From: Camelus dromedarius
Lineage: Eukaryota
NCBI RefSeq assembly: GCF_036321535.1
Contig: NC_087472.1
Coordinates: 98,024,001 to 98,088,000 of the forward strand
Length of the DNA: 64,000 nucleotides
Direction of reading: 5' to 3'
Position numbers and translations under genes: made by a program. The notes beneath the pieces were generated by a model, which searched no databases, was not told where the DNA came from, and saw nothing but the letters and a program-made list of their open reading frames with translations. Below, one piece after another: positions 55,474 through 64,000 of the stretch (its first letter is position 1; each line of letters begins with the position of its first letter).

Positions 55474-55580
55474 GGGGGGTGGGTATATATAGCTCTGTGG
55501 TAGAGTGCATGCGTGCATGCACAAGGTCCTGTGTTCAATCATTTGGAGTTCAATCAACCCCCCCCATCCCGACCAAAAAT
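55474..55580 (+). mobile_element. Degenerate tRNA-Ala-derived SINE
   Basis: TATAGCTCTGTGGTAGAGTGCATGCGTGCATGCACAAGGTCCTGTGTTCAATC. Confidence 0.7.
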
Positions 55581-56139
55581 GAGGCTGCCTTTTTAACACC
55601 TACTCCCTAACACCTAACATTTCTCAGATGAATTTAATCAGCTATTTAATCCTCCTCTAATTGTTAAATTACTTACTTAAGCAGGAGGCAAGTTCGAGAT
55701 TAACTTAAATAACATATCCCTTCTCTCATCAACAGTCCAACTGAACAAGAACTGTCCTCATTCTTTCCACTGAGGTCTACCTCTGACGTGAACAATTCTT
55801 TACTAGACTAAAAAAACTTCAAACTACTTCCCTCATAACGTAGGAGAGAGATGAAACAATATAACTTCACTGAATTATTAAATTAGGTAAATGTAAAATG
55901 TCATAGTTTTCCTAAAAGGGGGATGCTGTAGAGCCAATTCCCACACATACTACTTGTTCCTTTGACACTGGAGTCTTCTAGTTCAAGACTTCTCAAAGCT
56001 CTGTCCTTGAACCAACAGCATCAGCATCACTTGGGAGCTCATTAAAAATGCAAATTCATGGACCCTCCGCACACCTACCAAATCAGAATGACTGCATTGC
56101 AATTGAGGAATGTGCACTGTAATAAACCTTACCATAAGG

Positions 56140-56360
56140 CAGGGTTTCTCAATCTCGGCACTACTGACATTTAGGCGGAATTCCTCTCATTTGTGAGGGG
56201 TCTGTTCTGTGCAGCTCTAGGATGCACAGCAGCATCTTTGGCCTCTACCCACTAGATGCCAGTCTACTCTTCCCTCTTGCCAGTTGTGACCAAAAATGTC
56301 TCTAGACCCTGCCAAATATCCCCCTGGGGGTACAATATCACCCTGGGTTAAGAACCACTG
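56140..56360. mobile_element. MER20 nested in a MER5-like element (about 55985-56400)
   Basis: CAGGGTTTCTCAA...AGAACCACTG; 8-bp TSD CCATAAGG/CTGTAAGG. Confidence 0.8.
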
Positions 56361-58764
56361 CTGTAAGGATTCTCATGCATGCTCAAGTTTGAGACATTCT
56401 CTGATGTCGATTGTGGTACTTGTCAAGGTATCTGTACCCACTTCGGAGAACTCCTGACATTGTATTATCCATTCATAAGAAGAGGGCTCATCCACTGCTT
56501 CCATATTCCTTTGGCATTTCATTAATAGTCACCACTATTATGCCATTAGGGATACTTTATGGAGAAAACCCCATGATCTGCTCTCCCACCAATTGTTTAA
56601 TGTGTCTCAGGTACTTGCAGTTCAACCTAATTTCTGGCTAATGCCACCTAAATCCCAGGAAGATAGAGACACAGAATTAACCAACAACAGCAAAGTGCTC
56701 TGGAACTATAAGCCATGATGCAAATATATCCCCATATCTCAGAGATGTTTAGATTAAAAGTTCTAGTAACTTTTCTCTGAGTAATTTGGTAAAATCTATT
56801 TTTAAGTACTCTGAGGCATCTAAAAAGCCACGTTAATACAATTACAGTTCACTGAAAAATTAGCATGCAATCTAGTTTGAAAGCAAAAATCAGTCATCAC
56901 AGGGTAATATTCCATTTAATTATAAAGATTAATTCAACCTTCATTTATTTGTTCATGTGTTTGGTCTTTTCATTTTTCACAGAACACCCGAGATTCAAAT
57001 ACCATCTGCTAGAATTGCCACACGAGTGTTGGCAGCATCTATGAGACTTGCAGATTTCATCTCAAAGCAAAATTCATAAAAGACAAAGGGAGGAGGGGAA
57101 AAGAGGAAGGTAGAAGCAATAGAGACTCAGTTAAAAATGACATTTTCCACCAATCTGATGGAACTGTATCCTTCTCTCTCCTTCGTTCCCTGCCATACCA
57201 CCCGCATAAACAGTTCTAAACAACAAGTCCTGCCATCCCCATTTACTGAATTTTCTGAAACAGCCAGGTGAAGATTCCAGCAGTGTTGTGAATAACAGTG
57301 TGAACTCTAATTATGAACTATGTCCACCATGTTTTTCAAAATGTTTGTTACCTGTTCCTTAAAATTTGGCCTTAGTCACAGGGTGATCAAGATTGATCAG
57401 TTCCTTCACTGTAATATCTGCTCAATATCCCATCTTAGTTTACTGAGTGATTACTAACTGCCAAAGAAGCACCACAGGCTGGAAAATCTCTTTAAAAATT
57501 TTTTTGAGTTACACACAAAGTACACAAATATTAAATGTACAAATCAAAGACTTGTTTTTAAACATACACAAACCTGTGCTAGTGGCTCTGAGATAAGATT
57601 TCAAACATTTCTAGTATACAGAAGGCTAGCTCGGGTGCCTTTCCAGTTAATAAGCCATCTTCCCGCAAGATAACCACTATTCTGACCTCTGAACCACAGA
57701 TGAGTTTTGCCTGTTTTTGAACTTCAAAAAAAAGTGTGTACTTTTGGGTCTGGCTTCTCTCATCTCAGCATTACATCTATGAAATCCATCTGTGTTCTGT
57801 GTGTAGTAGGAGTTGAGATACACAGTTTAACAAACTGTATTCCTGTCATCAAGGAGTTCACAGTCAGTCACAGGTGGAGAATGGGATGCAAAAACAAAAA
57901 CAGAAGAATGTAGAAGAAAAGATGGGATGGAAGGGAAGGGAAAGGACCTGGGAGAAAAGGTCGTCTTCAAAGAGGAGCACTCTGAGCTAAACAGAATCAG
58001 TAACAGTAGAAATAACAGCTTTAGCAGTAACAAAAGTACTGTTCTTCGTTAAACCTCTACTGTGGATCAGGTACTGGTCGTGAGGTTAGAAATGCAGGAA
58101 TATACCGTAAGCAGCAGACCAGGAACCTTGGACCTTACTCAAAGCCCATGAGATGGAATATGGGCCTTCTGAGAGATGAGCTCTCAGTTTCAAATCCGGG
58201 TCCCCCCAAATTTTGGCAACTTGATCCTGCATTATCTGCTTGTAAGAATGTATTATTAGCAACATGTAACTTTCTGCTGCCATAGCAGACACACATATGG
58301 GTAGGACATACATCAGCGTGACCCACGTGGGTCCATGTACCTTGCTGCTGTCTACCTCTCAGCCAGAGGACCAGCCTCCATCCCTTCAGACTAAACTCCA
58401 GAAGTGAGTGGTAGGAGACAGATAAGCCCTCATAATTCAGACCTGGTTATTTATTCTGGGATGCTCATGGGCCATATTTTGGAACAAATTTTAGCTCTAT
58501 TTTGCTCTACCTCTGAAAAGGCAGTCTAGGGAAGCAAAACTGAAAGGCCACCTATACTCAAGTCAAAGCAATGAGAAACAGCTAAGGGACAATGTAGGCT
58601 GTTTGTCAACAGCAGCCTAAACGTCATCATCAATTATTCATCATTCAACAAGCCATCGAGTAACCTCTTACAAACCCACTCAATTCTTACTCAAGGTTTA
58701 GCCCAACAAGAGAAGAAAGCAGCTAGGTGTTGGTCAAAAACTTGAGACTAGAAAAGCTCTAGAT

Positions 58765-58987
58765 CAGGTTGGCCAGCTATGGCCTGAAAGCCAAATTCCA
58801 GCTGCTGCCTGATTTTGTAAATAAAGTTTTATTGACACACACCCATGCCCATTTGTTCACATAATGTCTATGGTTGTGTTTGTGCTACAGCAGTAGGTTT
58901 GAATAGCTGCGGTAGAGACCACATGGCCTGCAAAGCCCCCAAATCTTTACTATCGGGTCCTTTAAGTGAGAAGTTTGCCAAGTCCTG
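58765..58987. mobile_element. MER58A followed by MER5-like pieces
   Basis: TTTTGTAAATAAAGTTTTATTG...GAAGTTTGCCAAGTCCTG. Confidence 0.75.
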
Positions 58988-60361
58988 CCCTACACTATCA
59001 CTGCTCGAAGTGTGGTCCATGGTCCAGGGACACCAGCCTCACCTGGGAGCTTGCTAGAAATGCAAAATTACCAAGAATCTGCATTTTAACAAGGTCCCTG
59101 GGAGAGTGGTGTGCACATCCAAGTTTGAGCAGCAATACTCTAACAGGGCTCTGCTTCTCAAGCTAGGCTGCTTTTTGGAATCGCCTGAGGAGTTGTTTTG
59201 TTTGTTTTGATTTAATACTGATGGCCTGTGTCTGAGCTAACTCCAGGCTGGGAAGTCTGCAAGAGCTTCCAGCTCTTCCTCACAAGGTCATGTGGCAACC
59301 CCACATAGCTCTCACTTTCATTAGATGCTGATAGAGGACACTCAAATATAAGCATCCCTTGATCAGGGAGGGTTTGGGAAGTAGGGAGAGGAGAGAAGGG
59401 GAATGGACTTTCTCTTCTACTCTCTCAGGTTTCCTCATTTCCAAATCGCTCTCTCTGACAAGCTCTTTTTTTGTGAGTAATTTTTAATGGAAATCAGAAA
59501 TGACTTAGGACAACTCATAGGACCTCATTAGAACACATCTTTTTACAGATCTATACAAGCCACTTTGCCAAAACTCAACTTTGATTTTCAAAAGCCTGGC
59601 AGAATAAGCCGAATTATTCCATATACTCATAAATGCATTTTATGACTTAACATCAGAATTAAGCAAAGGCTCTGTTCTGCAGCCCTAAAGGACACAACCT
59701 TGACTCTGCTCTGCTTTGGGACAGGTCCATTCGGCTCATTAGTTTAATCCTTACAAACCCCTGCAAAGAGGCTCTCGTTAGTCTGCACAGTGACTTCAGT
59801 GCTGGCAACACTGAAATATACCTAAGGCAGCAGATTTGTCCCCTTTACCTTAGGCCAGCAAGGACACAGAGTGAGGCATGGCCCTTTGCAATGCTGAGTC
59901 TTTGGCTATAAAGTTCAGGAAGCTGGTGTCAGGAGTATCTATACTGAAATTACGTTTATTTTCTAAGGAACTCAAATGTAAAATGGGGGAAAAATGAAGT
60001 GTCGACTGGGAGTGGGTTGGGACCCTTATGACTTAGTCTGGTGCTGGGGCCCTAACATCTAGTAGGTATTTCTTACACCTATGCAAAATTCAATTCAATT
60101 CAATAATTCAAACAGTTTTGTAAGTCAATATATTGACTTATTATTACTGGTGGTTTTACTTATTACTGGTTTTGAGCTAAGTAAAAAAAAATCCATCAAC
60201 AATAGGAAATAATCTATCCAATCAAACAGAAAACAGGGGGGAAAGTTTAATGACACTCAGTGGTCAGGTGTTAAAGAGAGTGAGCAAAGATAGTTCAAAG
60301 TTCTCTACTGTAAACAATGAAAAACTGAACACAGATGAGAGAGGCAAAGGACACAGATTGT

Positions 60362-60780
60362 AAGTAGGTAATTTGCAAAGATGGCTGCCAATAACATCTT
60401 CCCTGCCCATGTGCTCACACTGTTCCTCATAGAATATGGACTGGCCTTGTCCCTGGCTCTGACCAAAAGAATGCAGCAAAAGAAACATTCTGGGACCTCT
60501 AAGCCCAGGCCTTAAGAACACTAGCGGCTTCTGCTTCCTCCCTCTTGGAGCCCTTAGCTCCCCCATAAGAGCACCATGCTGCCCTGCTGGAGAAAGAGGC
60601 CACATAAGGAACACTGAGGTGAAAAAGAGTGAAGAAGCCACCTCGGATGTCCAGCCATAGCCGCCATCTGATGGCAACTGCCTGACAGACTCCAGGTGAG
60701 ACCAGTAGAAGAGCCACCCAGCTGAGCCCCAGGCAATCCTCAGAATGATGGGAAATAACAGAATACTTGCTGCTTTAAGC
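60362..60780 (+). mobile_element. MLT1-type solo LTR
   Basis: CAAAGATGGCTGCCA; TGACCAAAAGAATGCAG; CCACCCAGCTGAGCCC. Confidence 0.7.
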
Positions 60781-61269
60781 TCCCGCAGAAGATGAGTCAT
60801 TCTACCCGCATGAAGAAAATTAAAATCTGCTCTCTTCCCTGTGGCAATGGATGGATTCAGAACCAAAACAGCACAAAACCCCCAAATCCTCTAAGAGGAG
60901 GAATCAATCCTTCCACAAAATCTTTTTCAGAAATGCATTTTGTTCATGTGAAATGCCAAAAATTATAATATTTTAAATCAAAATGAAATTTATTTTACAA
61001 AGCTGTCAGCACCTCTATCAGAACACTCTGATCATGCCATTTCTTCCTAGCACTGCTTCCTCCAGTGTTTCCAATCCCAAATCTTTACCTTTTCCCCAGT
61101 TTCTTTTATTCTTTCTTCTCTTGGTATCACGGTGTTTCTCTGGCTCCTAAGTGAGATTCTGTCAGAAGTGGATTTGCTACCACGCCCTCTAGCCTGCCTT
61201 TACCCAGCTATGCTAGGGTCTAGAAAATGACAACTCTGAACACCAGGTTAAATGCAATTTCTCTCTCTT

Positions 61270-61450
61270 CGCCCATTTTCCACTATCTGCCTGTCCGGCC
61301 CCTGGGTTATTAATGGAACTGACATTCCCATACAACTGACTGCGCAGGCCCAGCAGCCAGATAAGAAGGGAGCCGCTGACAGCGGCAGGCGTAGGCCCGG
61401 AGATAGCAGATAAGCAGACACATCATGGCTATTAGTTTCATCTTGGGCCG
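61270..61450. promoter_or_regulatory. Candidate intronic enhancer (GATA cluster, locally CpG-rich)
   Basis: Four WGATAR motifs in about 130 bp and 8 CpGs in about 180 bp, in sequence I do not recognise as a repeat. Confidence 0.35.
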
Positions 61451-62229
61451 AAAAAGAGAAGCAGCATCACAAAATATACACAGAGATCTCAAATATTCCT
61501 AATGGGCTCTTTTCCCATGAAATTAAAAATCAATATATCAAAACTGATTCTTCTTATCAAACCAAATATGTATTTGTAAGTGAATTCCTAACATATTCAA
61601 TTTGGACTTGGACCAAAAAGGAATAAAGACAGGCCTTAAACCTCCCCTACCCATCCCCTGAATAAAGGTAATAAATATTCTCCATAATTTTTTAAAAATC
61701 AGCTCTCTGCTCTGGGTCTCTGCAGTTTCACTCTGAGGCTATCATAGCATTTCCCAATTGCTTTCCAAGTCCTACAACCAACAAATCCCATAATCCAAAA
61801 TAACCCCTAATATACACTTGAACACTAAACACTTTTACAGTACCACGTTTAAACTATTGCTGCTTGCTGATATTAACATTTTTGAATATTCACTATTCTC
61901 AGTTTCATCTGTTAACATAGTTCTGTTACACATTGCTCAAATTAGTTCTACTCGACATTAGCATTAATTTTTAATGCATGGCATGGTCATACACCAGTTA
62001 TATACTTATTTATATTCTTGATGATCAATGTTGAGAATGCAACACTGCAGAAACTTTCAAAAACCATCGAGTATATATTACATGTATACCCACTGACATG
62101 AGCTAGTGCCGCCTATAAATGAAAATTCACATAAATCTCTCACTCAAATTTCTGCAAATCTGCTTATTACTGAAACTCTGTATTTCAAGTTGGTAAGGAG
62201 TCTCTCTCCTCCCCCATAAGGACAACAAA

Positions 62230-63760
62230 AGATCAATATATTGCTCATAGGTAGAAAAACTAATTAAGGCACTGATTTATAAATTATTCCAAACAGTTTG
62301 TGACTAAATAGAAGTCAAACATTAAAGGATATCTTCTTTGCCAGGAAGCAAAGACACTGTCAGGAACAAATGGAGTCATGTCAGAAGTCCCTAAAGGAAG
62401 AGCCTCATGTTGGCCAAAATGGGACAATTTGTACTAAAAGAGAATAATGATTGCAATGAATCTAAACAAATCAACTATACAGAATTCCCTGAGTTGATCA
62501 TGATACTAAAAAAAACAAACTGCTTTGGTAGCTTTGGAAGTACCAGGACACCAAGTCACTGTGAAAATTAATAAATTAAGACAAAGACACTTACACTGCC
62601 TTTCAGCAGTTTGTATCAGTATAAACTGTATGTCAGCATAATCAAGTGGTAGATGAGAGAAAATCCTTTTTTATAGAAAAATTCCAGCTAATAAATGCAG
62701 AAAGAATAATAGAACTGGAAAATCACCAGCTTCAATCCCTAATGAATTCATGTATCTATGCACTATATCAATAACCGCTTAAACGATTAAAACAGTGGTT
62801 TTCAAACCTGGCTACATATCTGCATCTCCTGGGAAACTTTGAATACTGATGCCTGGGTCCCACTCCCAGAGAATCTGATGTCATTAGTCTGGGGTGTGGC
62901 CTGAGCATTTGGATGTTTTAAGCTCCCCGGGGGTAATGTGAAGGCACAGTCAAAAAAAAAAAAAAAGACCACCGCCTGAGGGGAAAGGCTGATGTGGAAG
63001 TTAAAGAGGAAGGAGCAGTCCGACAACACCTGAACGCACTGATCAACCTATTCCGTGGAAGCCGGACAACACAGCATCCTGTGCCTCTTGGAGGTCACAC
63101 AGGGAGCGCACAGCACTGCCCATCAAGACTTCTCGCCAAAAGAAAACTGATGAATCTAATCAAACCTCTAGATTTAAGTACCAATTTACAGGAAAAGCGA
63201 GGGACAGAAGAACATGATAAAAACAACAACAGGATATTAATCGGCCAAATCAACAGTGCTGAAAATTCTACCAATGACACCATTTGTCCAACAAATAAAT
63301 TTCATGGATAAAAGGGGAGGGGAGCTCTTAAAAATTTTAAAGACTTAAAAGATGGACCTATTAACTGCAATATGTATACGTTGTTTAAATACAGATTTGA
63401 ACCATTTAAAAAACAAAAACATCTGTAATTTGAGATAATTACAGAAAATTGTACACAGACAAGATACTAATTAATGAGGTATTGTTGTTAATATTGTTGG
63501 GTGTGTTTAGGGTACTGCAGTTAGTTTTTCTAAATCCTCATCTGTTGAAGATACATAATGAAATGTTTATAGTAAAGTGATACCTGAGATGAGCTTTAGA
63601 ATTCTCAAGCACAAAAACAGATGGGGTGGGGAGAATATGAAGTCAAATAGCAAATACTGCTCACTGGTGAGGCTGGATGATGAGAACCTGGGGGTTTGTT
63701 ATGTACAGCTTTGCGCACATTTAAAATTTCCATTAACAAAATGTTTAAAAATATTGAACA
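62230..63760 (+). mobile_element. Old L1M(C/E) 3' region with a MER5-type insertion (about 62793-62940)
   Basis: TGAATCTAATCAAACCTCTAGATTTAA; CAGTGGTTTTCAAACCTGGCTAC. Confidence 0.55.
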
Positions 63761-64000
63761 GAGCCAAAGTTAATAAAAGTCCATTCTGTACCTCCACCTC
63801 AAAGAAACCAATGTAACTGGCATCAGCTTTTCTTTCCCGATTTTAGGAGACTTTCATGGAGCATTACATTCTTTGGTGAGGAAGAAATAAAAGGAAACTT
63901 AGGAAAAAATGAACATGTCATCTTACTGAGTATTTCATCTTTGCTAGTCACTATACATACATTATTTGTTTAAGTCTTCCCAAACACTCTGTGAATACAG

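Noticed and set aside
60264..60866. 200-aa ORF, the longest in the window
   Set aside because: Antisense reading of an MLT1 LTR, non-ATG start, no recognisable domain.
45625..64000. PHEX exon 12 (and exon 18 in 1-2702)
   Set aside because: I looked for the expected peptides (MEELVEGVRWAF..., RKYDKNGNLDPWW...) and did not find them; they lie outside the window.

Overview
Mammalian genomic DNA, AT-rich and CpG-depleted. It is most likely a camelid, because the only young SINE is a tRNA-Ala-derived, Vic-1-like family and I saw no Alu, Bov-tA, PRE-1 or Can-SINE. The whole window lies inside PHEX (M13/neprilysin-family zinc endopeptidase, X-linked in eutherians) on the minus strand. Five coding exons are present, equivalent to human exons 13-17: 45547-45624, 37206-37309, 28692-28750, 8304-8358 and 2703-2770. 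All have canonical AG/GT sites and join into one uninterrupted frame that includes the VNAFY and HEFTH motifs. Exons 12 and 18 fall outside the window. The rest is intron filled with L1, SINE, L2/MIR, MaLR/ERV LTRs and hAT/Tigger DNA-transposon relics. Repeat family names and human residue numbers are from recall, not from a database search. I found no CRISPR, RNA gene or independent protein-coding system, and no convincing new biological system. The most unusual structures are a double-tailed head-to-head L1 inverted repeat, a template-switch scar replacing the RT catalytic DD codons of an L1, an L1 inserted at an LTR TATA box, candidate poison/micro-exons, and a GATA-rich CpG cluster.
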